DNA of 47,627 nt, taken from positions 1-47,627 of the forward strand of contig JBDTOJ010000034.1 of assembly GCA_039933295.1 (NCBI GenBank). The letters are read 5' to 3'. A model generated the notes under the pieces. It did not search any database, had not been told where the DNA came from, and saw only the letters and a list, made by a program, of their open reading frames with translations. Within the stretch, counting starts at the first letter, position 1. The number at the start of each line of letters is the position of its first letter. Positions 1-9,421 of the stretch are shown in pieces. The stretch comes from Chloroflexota bacterium. GTDB lineage: Bacteria > Chloroflexota > Limnocylindria > Limnocylindrales > CSP1-4. The translations under genes were made by a program, and so were the position numbers.

Positions 1-300
1 GACCGACTCCTCGTCCTCGGTGGCGGCAGGAAACTCCTCGACGTCTCGATCGCCGGGGCCCGGGCCATGCACAGGGTGGTCGAGGCAGACGGCGTGGCGA
101 CGGGCGCGCCGGGTGCCGGCGTGGCCGAGGGTGGCCGGCTCGTCGGCCGATTCCCCGACTCCGAGGGGCGGCTCATGGCCCTCGTCGAGGGTGAGGCGCT
201 GCCGGGCCAGCCGGCGACGCTCGAGGAGGTGGTGATGGGTCACCTCGCCGCGGGCCGCACGGGTGTCTCGTTGGCCGGGAGCGGGGGCCTGGCGGCATGA
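1..300 (+). CDS. ABC transporter ATP-binding protein, 3' part (5'-truncated by window)
   Basis: Frame is open from base 1: DRLLVLGGGRKLLDVS...PATLEEVVMGHL, typical of the post-H-loop C-terminus of ABC-2 ATPases; stop overlaps the permease ATG (ATGA). Confidence 0.8.
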   Translation, partial: DRLLVLGGGRKLLDVSIAGARAMHRVVEADGVATGAPGAGVAEGGRLVGRFPDSEGRLMALVEGEALPGQPATLEEVVMGHLAAGRTGVSLAGSGGLAA

Positions 301-1241
301 AACTCCTGGACTTCCGCCTGGCCTTTCGATTCCACCGCTTCGAGATCCTCGCCTTCGGAATCCTGATCATCCTCGCCGCGGTCGGCGCGGCGTTCGTCGC
401 CGCGAACCTCGATGCAACTGGCTACGCCGCGCACTGCTCACCATATGCGGACAATCCTCCGAGCTGTGAGGCGATGGGCCGCGCCTTCTACGACATCCAG
501 AATGGACAAGTGGGCGCGGTCCAGTCCGTCCTCATGGCCCTCCCCTTCCTCCTCGGGGCGCTCACGGGTGCGGCCGTCATCGGGCGTGAGATCGAGCGCG
601 GCACGAGCCGCCTGGCCTGGTCGCTCGCGCCATCCCGCACTCGGTGGTTCCTGACCCGCGCCCTGCCGGTGCTTGTCGTGGTGTTCGCGCTGTCCTTCCT
701 CGCAGGGGCGGCGCTCGATCGACTGACCGCCTCGATCGACCCGTGGACGGACGCCTCCCAGAACTTCGCCGCATTCGGTGGGCGCGGTGTCGTTCTGGCC
801 GGGCGGGCCACCTTCGTGTTCGCGATCGGCGTGGCCGTTGGCGCGATTCTCGGCCGGGCACTGCCCGCGCTCATCGTCACCGCGGTCATCGCGTCCGTCG
901 CCATCTCCGGTGGCTCATACGTCCACAACCGGATCCTCGCGACGGAGGCCGTATTCGTTGCGAATAACGCCCCGGGAGATCTGTTTGTCGACCAGCGCGT
1001 TCGCTTGGCCGACGGTCGCGTCGTGACCTGGGATGAGGCGAACGCGCTCTACCCTGAGCTCCAGAACGGGCCGACGGACGGAGCGATCTGGCCGCCCGAG
1101 GGCATGGCGATCGTCAACCTCGTGGTCCCGGCCTCGCGCTATCGGTTCGTGGAGGCGCGTGAGGTCGGCGCCCTCGCGGGGGCGAGCCTGGTCGCGCTCG
1201 TTCTCGCGGCCTTCGCGGTCCGGCGGCGCCGCCCCGGATGA
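297..1241 (+). CDS. ABC-2 type transporter permease
   Basis: Multi-TM protein with GREIERGTSRLAWSLAPSRTRW motif; coupled to the ATPase. Confidence 0.85.
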   Translation: MKLLDFRLAFRFHRFEILAFGILIILAAVGAAFVAANLDATGYAAHCSPYADNPPSCEAMGRAFYDIQNGQVGAVQSVLMALPFLLGALTGAAVIGREIERGTSRLAWSLAPSRTRWFLTRALPVLVVVFALSFLAGAALDRLTASIDPWTDASQNFAAFGGRGVVLAGRATFVFAIGVAVGAILGRALPALIVTAVIASVAISGGSYVHNRILATEAVFVANNAPGDLFVDQRVRLADGRVVTWDEANALYPELQNGPTDGAIWPPEGMAIVNLVVPASRYRFVEAREVGALAGASLVALVLAAFAVRRRRPG

Positions 1242-1286
1242 TCGACGGTGACTGTTCGGGCCTACCGGTGTGGCGCCCCAGCGCCC

Positions 1287-2027
1287 CTACCTCGTCGTTT
1301 GCGCGGCCCCCGCGACGGCGACGATGAGCGTCAGGATGTAGACGTGGCCGAGGGCGCTCCACCAGATGGAGCGGGTGCGCCAGTCGAGCCAGCCGAAGAC
1401 CATGCCGCCGGCGAGCGTCGAGAAGAGCTCGATCTCCGGCTTGCCCAGATGCACGAACACGAACGGCAGTTGAGCAACGACGACGCCGAGCGGTCCGATC
1501 GCGCGGATCAGCGTGAACATGAGGAAGCCGCGGATCACGAACTCGGACGGGACGAGGTCGAGGATGTGGGTCAGCAGCAGGTCGCCGACCGGCGCGGCGG
1601 AGACGCCGTAGTAACTACTGAACTGGGCGTTCGACCCGACAGCGAGCACGATTGGCGTCATTAAGGCTCCACCCGCAACGGCCAGGCCGAGCCCCCAGCG
1701 CCAATCGCCGATCCCGAGGCCGTAGTTGGCGAGGCGATCCTTGAACGCCAGCAGAACTACGAGTCCCGGGACCAGGCCGAACAGGATCAAGCGTTCGAGG
1801 GCCTGGTAGCGCAGCGCCTCGCCGGCCCGTCCGATCGCCTGGATCTCAGCCGGAATCGCCGTTCGCGAGAAGTCGAAGAGGACGACGAGCGTCATCACGA
1901 GTGTCGCTACGGTCGCCCGAAGCGGCAGATCCAGCCCGAGGACGCGGACGACGCGACGATCTCCATCGGTCGCCGGGTAGATCGGCCCGGCCGTGAATGC
2001 TGCCGCGAGTTGGCTGCGGGCCGACAT
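1287..2027 (-). CDS. CPBP family intramembrane glutamic endopeptidase (CAAX/Abi)
   Basis: SEFVIRG, FVFVHLGK and SALGH motifs in a multi-TM protein; start moved to ATG 2027 (MSARSQ), 8 nt after the upstream stop. Confidence 0.85.
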   Translation of the reverse strand: MSARSQLAAAFTAGPIYPATDGDRRVVRVLGLDLPLRATVATLVMTLVVLFDFSRTAIPAEIQAIGRAGEALRYQALERLILFGLVPGLVVLLAFKDRLANYGLGIGDWRWGLGLAVAGGALMTPIVLAVGSNAQFSSYYGVSAAPVGDLLLTHILDLVPSEFVIRGFLMFTLIRAIGPLGVVVAQLPFVFVHLGKPEIELFSTLAGGMVFGWLDWRTRSIWWSALGHVYILTLIVAVAGAAQTTR

Positions 2028-2035
2028 GGACGACC

Positions 2036-3448
2036 TCAGCCGCGGGTGACGGTCGCGGTCGAGGGCAAGGCGGCGAATCGATCCGCCCAACCGGTTGCGC
2101 CACCAGTGGCCACGAGCTGCACGGGGATACCCGCGGCGTCGAGCATGCTGGCGGCAATCGCCGCGCGCGTCCCAGCCTTGCACAGGACAGTTACCTGACG
2201 GTCCGCTGGCAACTCACGGATCCGGTCTGCGAGGTCGGCAACGAAAATGGTCTGGGCCCACGGAATGGCACCGTCGTCGCGCCATTCGATCGGTTGCCTG
2301 ACATCGAGCAGGGCGCTGCGCTCACCTCGGGCGGCTGCCGCAAAGACCTGCTCAATCGATGTCGTCGGATAGGTCCGTGTCGAGCGGCCGGAAGCTGTCC
2401 AGCCATCGATGCCGCCCGCCAAAACGCCCGCGACACGGTCGTACCCGATCCGTAGGAGATGAGTCACCGCGACCGCCGCAGCCTCCGCGATCGGATCGGG
2501 AAGCACCAACAGCAGGGGAGCATTGAATCGGACGAGCCAGCCAACGTATGAGGCGAACGAATCGTCGAGCTCGATGTTGAGCGACCCCGCGATGTGCGCT
2601 GCCGCGAACGCCTCGCGTGGGCGGGCATCGATGATCTGGGTACCGCCGGATGCCGCGCGATGAAAGCCCGCCGGGTCGAGGCTGGCGACGTGCGGGGGGC
2701 CGCCGAGCACAGCCGGGCCTGATCGGTTCAGGGGAGCCATCCGGCCGTAGTACGTCGGATATTGCCCGAGGCCGCCGAGCAGGGTCGCCGAGAAATCGCC
2801 GCTTCCGGCGGCCGCGAGGACTGGGTTGGCCCCGAGTTCAGCGCCCACCGTCGTTTCGGATCCCGGGGCAGCATCGCCTGCCGCACAGAAACTGCCCGCT
2901 CCGTGGGTCGGCAGGATCCGGACGGACGGTGGAAGCGCGGCCAGCCGTCGAAGGGACGTGGACTGCAGGTTCGTGAGCTCCGCAGTCTGCTCGGGGCCAA
3001 GGAGATCGGTGCGTCCGGCCGTACCGACAAGCAGCGATCCGCCGCTGAAGACGGCTTCGGGCGGATGGTGCAGGTCTAAATCGGCGGTCCCCACGGACCA
3101 CGCCAGGTGCTCAGGTGTGTGACCCGGCGTTGCCATCGCGGTCAGCCGCAGGTTGCCGATTCGGACATCGGTGCCCTCCTCAGCGCCGCGATGGGCAAAC
3201 CCATACCCACCGAGCGACGGGGCCACGATGGTCGCCCCGGTCCTGCTCCGCGTTTCGAGGGCCCCGGACAGGTAGTCGTTGTGGACGTGGGTTTCGAGGA
3301 CCTGGGTGACCCGCCATCCCCGGGCCTCTGCGACCTCAAGGAAGCGCCACGCATCGCGCTGGGGATCCACCAGCGCCGCCTCGCCATCACTGGCGATCAG
3401 GTACGAGGTGTCACCGAGGCCGGGCGTGGCGAAGCGTTCGATATCCAT
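2036..3448 (-). CDS. MBL-fold hydrolase with two rhodanese domains (persulfide dioxygenase/sulfurtransferase, CstB-like)
   Basis: ETHVHNDY, TPGHT, PTHGAGS; C-terminal rhodanese active loop LCKAGTR; start ATG 3448 (MDIERF). Confidence 0.9.
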   Translation of the reverse strand: MDIERFATPGLGDTSYLIASDGEAALVDPQRDAWRFLEVAEARGWRVTQVLETHVHNDYLSGALETRSRTGATIVAPSLGGYGFAHRGAEEGTDVRIGNLRLTAMATPGHTPEHLAWSVGTADLDLHHPPEAVFSGGSLLVGTAGRTDLLGPEQTAELTNLQSTSLRRLAALPPSVRILPTHGAGSFCAAGDAAPGSETTVGAELGANPVLAAAGSGDFSATLLGGLGQYPTYYGRMAPLNRSGPAVLGGPPHVASLDPAGFHRAASGGTQIIDARPREAFAAAHIAGSLNIELDDSFASYVGWLVRFNAPLLLVLPDPIAEAAAVAVTHLLRIGYDRVAGVLAGGIDGWTASGRSTRTYPTTSIEQVFAAAARGERSALLDVRQPIEWRDDGAIPWAQTIFVADLADRIRELPADRQVTVLCKAGTRAAIAASMLDAAGIPVQLVATGGATGWADRFAALPSTATVTRG

Positions 3449-3531
3449 CGCTCGCCATGGTGGCACGCCCGCGCAACGCGGGCCGGAACTCGCGCCCGCG
3501 CCGCGCCAGACGAACCCAAAGGTGCCGATCG

Positions 3532-4254
3532 CTACAGGCGGTTGCCCTGTGGGGCGGTCAGGCGGAAGGCACCGACGGCGCCAAACCAGCCCCCGATGAT
3601 CGCGAGCAGGAAGCCAAGGACCACGACCACGCTGGATGCGACAGCCGCGATCGACCCGACGGTCAAGAGCTGGGCAATGGTCGTGCCCATCAGGAACCCG
3701 GCGACAGCGCCACCAACGCCCCCGACGGCGCCAGCAACGGCCTGCCGGGTCAATCCGATGTTGAACGATAGCCGGGCGCGGGCCCGCCAGACGTGAATGG
3801 CGCCGGCGATCAGCGCGACCACGGCTCCGACGTTGGCGGCCCAGAACGCCGGGAGGATCGAGCCGTTGCCACCCTGGAGCTTGAGCGACCCGAGGTAGAT
3901 GTTGGCGTCGCCGTTGGCCACGCGAAGGAGCAGGGCGCAAACCAACGCAAGGATGAATGGCCCGGCGACGATGACGGTGATCCGGCTGTGCCATGCCGCC
4001 TGGCTCCACGTAAGGATCAGGGCCACCGCGGCGAGTTCGAGCAGAAGGCCGGCGTCGCCTGCCCGCTCGAAGCCGCTGACTTCGAAGAAGCCGTTGTAGG
4101 GAAGCCAGACACGCATCCACGGGAGGGCCGACCCAATCAGCAGAAGGACGAGGCCAACGATCAGGGGCGCGCGGACGGGATCACGAAATGTCTCGCGAAG
4201 GGAGCGTCGTTTCCGCGGCGTGGGTTCAGGGAAACGGAGGGAATGGTGGGTCAC
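3532..4254 (-). CDS. hypothetical integral membrane protein
   Basis: About 6 hydrophobic segments, GSALPW motif; GTG 4254 preceded by a GAAGGT SD-like sequence. Confidence 0.75.
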   Translation of the reverse strand: MTHHSLRFPEPTPRKRRSLRETFRDPVRAPLIVGLVLLLIGSALPWMRVWLPYNGFFEVSGFERAGDAGLLLELAAVALILTWSQAAWHSRITVIVAGPFILALVCALLLRVANGDANIYLGSLKLQGGNGSILPAFWAANVGAVVALIAGAIHVWRARARLSFNIGLTRQAVAGAVGGVGGAVAGFLMGTTIAQLLTVGSIAAVASSVVVVLGFLLAIIGGWFGAVGAFRLTAPQGNRL

Positions 4255-4439
4255 GTGTTCACCTTCGCGGATCGGCGACCGCGCCAAAGGCGCTGTCGGT
4301 TCACAGCATGTAGTACGCGGCCCAACGTGCCAAGGTTCCGGCCATCTCCATCATGAGCCATCGATCGTCCTCCCTCGTACCATGAGTCGAACGGCGGATG
4401 CCGGGCCGCATCGCCCGGGCGAGCAAGAGGTTCCCTGAT

Positions 4440-5429
4440 ATGGCGAAGATCGGCTACGCGGCAATGCTTGAGCAGTTCCACCCAACAGACCTGCTCGACT
4501 GGTGCGCCCAGGCCGAGGCAGCCGGCTTCGATGCCGGGTTCATGGTCAGCGAGCACTTCCACCCGTGGACCCCGCAGCAGGGCCAGAGCGCCTTCGCGTG
4601 GTCCTTCATGGGTGCGCTCGGCGTTCGGACCTCGCTGCCGTTCGGGACCGCGGTGACGTGTCCTGGGTTCCGCTACCACCCGGCGGTCATTGCCCACGCG
4701 GCGGCGACCCTCGGCGCGATGTTTCCGGGCCGGTTCTACCTCGGGCTCGGTGCCGGCGAGGCCCTGAACGAGCACGTCGTCGGGGGCGTCTGGCCGGAGA
4801 TCGGGGTCCGGAGCGCAATGATGTTCGAGAGCATCGAGATCATCAACAAGCTGTTCACCGGCAACGTGGTCAAGCACAAGGGCGAGTACTTCACCCTCGA
4901 GAGCGCCAAGCTCTACACGCGACCCGAGCAGCCTATACCGGTCTACGTGGCGACCGCCGGTCCGATCAACGCCAAGAAGACCGGCAAGTTCGCCGACGGG
5001 ATCATCACGGTCGGCGCTGCGGACGAGAAGATCGGGATGCTCTGGGCGAAGTTCGAGGAGGGGGCTCGGGAGGTCGGCAAGGACCCGTCCGCGGCCCCGA
5101 AGATGCTCCAGATCCACGTCTCGTGGGCTCGGACGGATCAGGAGGCCATCGACCAGGCGGTCCTCGAGTGGCCGAACGGTGGCATGCCCTTCCCGAAGCA
5201 GGACATCAAGAACCCCGAGGATTTCGCCGCGATGGCGAAGATGGTCGGGCCAGACAACTTCAAGAACCGCGTCCTCATGACCTCCGATCTCGCCGCCCAT
5301 GCCGCCCACATCCAGCACTACCTTGACATGGGCTTCGACGAAGTCCACCTCCACAACGTCGGCCGCAACCAGGCCGAGTTCATCGAGGTCTTCGGCAAGG
5401 AAGTCCTGCCCCAGCTCAAGCTCGGCTGA
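4440..5429 (+). CDS. F420-dependent LLM class oxidoreductase (TIGR03557/G6PDH-like family)
   Basis: SEHFHPW, GTAVTCP, GLGAGEALNEH motifs; SD GAGG before ATG 4440. Confidence 0.92.
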   Translation: MAKIGYAAMLEQFHPTDLLDWCAQAEAAGFDAGFMVSEHFHPWTPQQGQSAFAWSFMGALGVRTSLPFGTAVTCPGFRYHPAVIAHAAATLGAMFPGRFYLGLGAGEALNEHVVGGVWPEIGVRSAMMFESIEIINKLFTGNVVKHKGEYFTLESAKLYTRPEQPIPVYVATAGPINAKKTGKFADGIITVGAADEKIGMLWAKFEEGAREVGKDPSAAPKMLQIHVSWARTDQEAIDQAVLEWPNGGMPFPKQDIKNPEDFAAMAKMVGPDNFKNRVLMTSDLAAHAAHIQHYLDMGFDEVHLHNVGRNQAEFIEVFGKEVLPQLKLG

Positions 5430-5435
5430 ATTCGA

Positions 5436-6074
5436 TCAACGGATCGGCGGCGACGTCCAGACCCAGCTGCCGAGGACGGCCTGGATGAGCATCGGAGCGT
5501 CTGCGGAATCGGCTCCCCAGCGTGCCTCGATGTACTCGGGCGCTCCGGCGAAACGGATGCGCATCGACATCGCTCCGTCCGACCGAAAGGCAGGTCGTCC
5601 ACCGACATCGACGCTTCGTTCGCCGGGGCCAGGCGTCTCCGGGGGCAAGGAGACGATCGGACCGAGCCACGCGCCGAATCGGTAGACGAGCACCACACCG
5701 TCCGCCGGCACGACCCAGTTCGGGTCGGCCGGGCACGTGGCTGATGTCGCGTCCACAGTGCAGCCAGCATCGAACTCGCCGATGCCAACGGCGCCCATCA
5801 CGGTCGGGCCGTGCACGCCAACATGCGCGTACTCACTGAGTACCGCCCAGTTCGCAGGGTACGCAAATGTGAATCCTTCACCGACGAACGTCGACGTGCC
5901 GGCTGAGGGCAGGGGCGACGACGGCATCGTCGCCTCGGTCGGCGAGGCTACCGGTGCGGTCGCGATCGTGCCGGATGTCCCGCAACCCGCCAGAACTGAG
6001 ACGACCGTGGCAATCGCGAGGAGTCGCCACGGCCTCGTCCTCCACGGTGCATCGCTCACGCCACGTTCCCCCAT
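5436..6074 (-). CDS. hypothetical lipoprotein
   Basis: Lipobox VLAGC, Ser/Thr/Pro linker, GFTFAYPANW motif; start may be GTG 6059. Confidence 0.75.
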   Translation of the reverse strand: MGERGVSDAPWRTRPWRLLAIATVVSVLAGCGTSGTIATAPVASPTEATMPSSPLPSAGTSTFVGEGFTFAYPANWAVLSEYAHVGVHGPTVMGAVGIGEFDAGCTVDATSATCPADPNWVVPADGVVLVYRFGAWLGPIVSLPPETPGPGERSVDVGGRPAFRSDGAMSMRIRFAGAPEYIEARWGADSADAPMLIQAVLGSWVWTSPPIR

Positions 6075-6080
6075 CGTTAC

Positions 6081-6830
6081 TCATATCGAACTGTCGCCCT
6101 TAACGATCCGGCGTGCCCGCAGCGCGACTCCGATGAACTCGCGGAGGTGGTGGAGCGGTCGAATGTGGCTGCGCTCGTCGCCGTAGATCGTTGAGATCGG
6201 GACCCAGCGTATGGGCCAGCCCTCGCGAAGGCAGACGGCGATCATCTCGACCTCGAACGCAAAGCCGGCCTCGTGGCTGTCCAGCATCGCGGCCATCAGT
6301 CGCCGGCCAACGAGGCGGAAGCCGGACTGGTTGTCCGGGATCCATTGGCCCACAGCCGCCGACAGGAGGACGGTACCGGCCCAGTTGGAAGCGCGGCGCA
6401 CAAGCGGCATCCGCGAGAAGTCGCGTCGGCCCACGATCAGCTCGGCGGGCTGCTCTGCCTCCGCCTCGATGAGCCGGGGCAGCTCCGCCGGGTCGTGCTG
6501 GCCGTCGGCGTCGAGGGTCACGACGGCGAGCGCGCCCTCAGCGATGGCTCGCGCGAAGCCGGCGCGCAGGGCTGCGCCCTTGCCCTGGTTCGGGTGCTGC
6601 GATAGGACCGCGGCACCCGCCGCCGCCGCCTCGACCGCCGTCGAATCGGACGAGCCGTCATCGACCACGAGAACCGGCAGATGCGCGAGCGCGCCGCGGA
6701 TCACCGGAACGATGCGCGGCGCCTCGTTGTGGGCCGGGATGAGGGCGATGAGCTGACTGCTGGCCCGGGCGGACAAATCCGGTGGAGCGTGGCGGGCCGA
6801 ACGGGTCGGTCCCTTGGGACACCGTGGCAT
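6081..6830 (-). CDS. glycosyltransferase family 2 (Dpm1-like)
   Basis: IPAHNE, VVDDGS, NQGKGAA, TLDADGQH, DNQSGFR motifs. Confidence 0.92.
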   Translation of the reverse strand: MPRCPKGPTRSARHAPPDLSARASSQLIALIPAHNEAPRIVPVIRGALAHLPVLVVDDGSSDSTAVEAAAAGAAVLSQHPNQGKGAALRAGFARAIAEGALAVVTLDADGQHDPAELPRLIEAEAEQPAELIVGRRDFSRMPLVRRASNWAGTVLLSAAVGQWIPDNQSGFRLVGRRLMAAMLDSHEAGFAFEVEMIAVCLREGWPIRWVPISTIYGDERSHIRPLHHLREFIGVALRARRIVKGDSSI

Positions 6831-6869
6831 GAACCCATGGTAGGCGGGCAGGCAAACCGAGGATCAGGG

Positions 6870-7466
6870 TCAGGCGATCGGCGTGGTCTCTTGCCCGGAT
6901 CGGGCACCCAGGATCGCCCGGACGGCCAGGATGGCCGCACCCAGCAGCGCGAGGCCAGCAACGACCGTCAGGATCGTGCCTAGCCCGGCCTGGTCCACGA
7001 ACTGCGTGTACAGCAACAGCACGCCGTACGCCGTGACGATCAGGCTGATGACCGCGAGCGCCCACCGAATTCCCTTGCCCATGCCGAGCACGACCATCAC
7101 GATTCCGAGCAGCCCGAAGGCGAGGCCGCCGATCGCGAGGATCAGACGAACGCCGCTGAGGGTGATCGCGTTGAGGAATGACAGCCCGAACAGCATGATC
7201 GCCGTCAACAACCCGATGCCGGCGCGCAGGGATTCGATTTCGCCGATGCGCCCGAACTGCTGCGCTCCGATCCGGGTCACGGCCCAACGAATGCCGTCAA
7301 CGAGAAGGAAACCGCCGAAGACCAGACCGGCGAACAGTTCTGCGCGTCCCGAGTCGAGCAGCATGAAGACCCCGAGGGCCGCCAGGACAGCGGCAGCGAT
7401 GATCTGGATCGGCCAGCTGGCGTTCCAGATTCCGCCGCCTGGAAGTGATGACTTCTGCTCGCTCAT
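6870..7466 (-). CDS. membrane protein, DUF308/HdeD-like
   Basis: Six short Gly-rich TM segments; SD GAGGAG before ATG. Confidence 0.7.
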   Translation of the reverse strand: MSEQKSSLPGGGIWNASWPIQIIAAAVLAALGVFMLLDSGRAELFAGLVFGGFLLVDGIRWAVTRIGAQQFGRIGEIESLRAGIGLLTAIMLFGLSFLNAITLSGVRLILAIGGLAFGLLGIVMVVLGMGKGIRWALAVISLIVTAYGVLLLYTQFVDQAGLGTILTVVAGLALLGAAILAVRAILGARSGQETTPIA

Positions 7467-7579
7467 GGCTGCTCCTCAGCTGCTGCCGGGACGTTCCGTG
7501 ATCCTACCGCGCTCGAGACCCGCTGCAATCTGGGATCCAGGACGGCAGACCGGAACGCCGCAGTCGGAACGGGACCCAG

Positions 7580-7609
7580 TTGACACCTGTTGCGACTCAG
7601 TATCAGTAT
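7580..7609 (+). promoter_or_regulatory. putative promoter (-35 TTGACA) with overlapping Fur/Zur-type 7-1-7 box
   Basis: TTGACA 7580-7585; TGCGACT-C-AGTATCA 7591-7605 directly upstream of a metal ABC importer. Confidence 0.5.
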
Positions 7610-7619
7610 TCGCCCGCCG

Positions 7620-8564
7620 ATGCCACACCACCCCGCCCTGCGCTCTCGATTCCCCCTCGCTTTGCTTGAGGTTGTTGTCGTTGGCGTCGCCCTTGTAACG
7701 GCCGCGTGTGCGGGAGCCACAACGTCGCCCGGTCCGTCGGGCGCCGATCGGGGACGGATCCAGGTGGTGACGACGTCGAGTGTCTTCGCAGACATGGCTC
7801 GCAACGTCGGCGGGGACCGCGTCACGGTCACGAGTCTCGTCCCGAAAGGCCTCGACATCCACACCTATCAGGTGACGCCCGCCGATCTGCGTGCCGTTGC
7901 CTCGGCCGACCTGTTTGTCATGAACGGGCTCGGGCTCGACGACTGGCTCGAGAAGACCATCCGATCCGCCGGTAACGGCGCCCCGATCCTCAAGCTCGCG
8001 GTGGACCTGCCCGGGGTGATCCTCCTTCCGGGCGACACACTAGCGACGCAGAACCCGCACCTCTGGATGGATGTCTCGAATGGGATCGCCTACGCGAACC
8101 GGATTGCCGACGCCATCAAACTCGCCGATTCTGCCCATGGCGCCGACATCGAGACATCGGCCACGGCCTATGCGGCGAACCTGGCTGATCTCGATGCCTG
8201 GGTTCGGGATCAGATCGCGACCATTCCTGAAGCGAACCGTCGTTTTGTACTGTTCCACGATGCACTGCCGTATTTCGCTCGGGCGTATGGACTCACGATC
8301 GTCGGCGTGGCTGTGGAGGCGCCTGGCCAAGACCCAAGCGCTGGGGAGATCGCCACGCTCATTGATCGGATCAAGGCGACCGGGGTGAAGGCGATCTTCA
8401 GCGAGGCCCAGTTCCCGACCGCCCTCGTGGACCAGATCGCCCGCGAAACAGGCGCTCGCGTGGTCGCGAACCTCTATGACGACACCCTCGGCGACGATCC
8501 GGTCACGTCCTACGAGGCGCTGATTCGCTGGGACGTCGACCAGCTCGTGACGGCACTCCGATGA
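7620..8564 (+). CDS. Zn/Mn ABC transporter substrate-binding lipoprotein (ZnuA/TroA family)
   Basis: Lipobox TAAC; DIHTY, NPHLW, FHDA metal-ligand motifs. Confidence 0.93.
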   Translation: MPHHPALRSRFPLALLEVVVVGVALVTAACAGATTSPGPSGADRGRIQVVTTSSVFADMARNVGGDRVTVTSLVPKGLDIHTYQVTPADLRAVASADLFVMNGLGLDDWLEKTIRSAGNGAPILKLAVDLPGVILLPGDTLATQNPHLWMDVSNGIAYANRIADAIKLADSAHGADIETSATAYAANLADLDAWVRDQIATIPEANRRFVLFHDALPYFARAYGLTIVGVAVEAPGQDPSAGEIATLIDRIKATGVKAIFSEAQFPTALVDQIARETGARVVANLYDDTLGDDPVTSYEALIRWDVDQLVTALR

Positions 8565-9421
8565 GCGGGTCGTCGGGCGCGGTGATGGCCGGTCCGGACA
8601 TCAGCATCCAGCTCACCGACGTGTCCGTTGGCTATGACGACCGCACGGTCCTCGAGCACGTCGACCTCACCCTCGAGGCCGGTGCCCTCACCGCGGTCGT
8701 CGGGCCGAACGGAGGCGGCAAGAGCACACTCCTGAAGCTCATCGCCGGGCTGCTGAAGCCGTGGACCGGAACGGTGGCCGTCCTGGGAGGGGCACCGGGA
8801 GCACACGCCAGATCCGTGGCCTACGTCCCGCAGGCCGAATCCGTGGACTGGGGATTTCCAGTCTGCGCGGCCGATGTCGTGATGATGGGTCGGTACCCGC
8901 GCCTCGGACCGCTCCGTCGGCCCGGTGCGGCGGACCACGGCGCCGTCGCCGCGGCGCTCGAGCAGGTGGGGATGGCTGCGTTCGCCCGGCGGCAGATCGG
9001 GGCCCTGTCGGGCGGCCAGCGTCGGCGCATCTTCCTCGCCCGAGCGCTCGCGTCCGAGCCCCAGTTGTACCTCCTCGACGAGCCGGTCACCGGTGTCGAT
9101 GCCGCGACCCAGGAGGACCTCATGCGGATCCTCGACGCCGAGGCGAAGGCCGGCAAGACCGTGATTGCCAGCACGCACGACCTCGCGTCGGCGGCCCAGC
9201 ATTTCCGCTCGATCGTCGCCGTCAATCGGACGATCGTCGCGCAGGGTGACGCGAGCCTCGTCCTCGACACGGACGTGCTCCTTCGAACCTACGGCGGCCA
9301 CCTCCTGTTCGTCGGCGATCGCGCCGTCGTCATCGACGACGCCCACCACCACGACGAGGCCGCCGGCGGCGAGATCCACCACCACGACGGCGACGACGCC
9401 TCGCCGCGGCGACCGCAATGA
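8561..9421 (+). CDS. Zn/Mn ABC transporter ATP-binding protein with His/Asp-rich tail
   Basis: GPNGGGKST, LSGGQ, LLDEP; C-terminal DDAHHHDE...HHHDGDD. Confidence 0.93.
   Translation: MSGSSGAVMAGPDISIQLTDVSVGYDDRTVLEHVDLTLEAGALTAVVGPNGGGKSTLLKLIAGLLKPWTGTVAVLGGAPGAHARSVAYVPQAESVDWGFPVCAADVVMMGRYPRLGPLRRPGAADHGAVAAALEQVGMAAFARRQIGALSGGQRRRIFLARALASEPQLYLLDEPVTGVDAATQEDLMRILDAEAKAGKTVIASTHDLASAAQHFRSIVAVNRTIVAQGDASLVLDTDVLLRTYGGHLLFVGDRAVVIDDAHHHDEAAGGEIHHHDGDDASPRRPQ

Noticed and set aside
3449-4120. N-terminal extension of the 694-aa track ORF (and similar extensions from 11350, 17539, 19087, 25466)
   Set aside because: They overlap neighbouring genes and are low-complexity Arg/Pro-rich; better starts with SD or -10 signals lie downstream
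4255-4439. Riboswitch in the divergent spacer (several small hairpins)
   Set aside because: No recognisable c-di-GMP, SAM, TPP, FMN or cobalamin consensus; explained by divergent promoters and GC content
8040-8390. Apparently more A/T-ending codons in the middle of the metal-binding protein gene (possible recombinant patch)
   Set aside because: Visual impression only; needs a sliding-window GC3 computation
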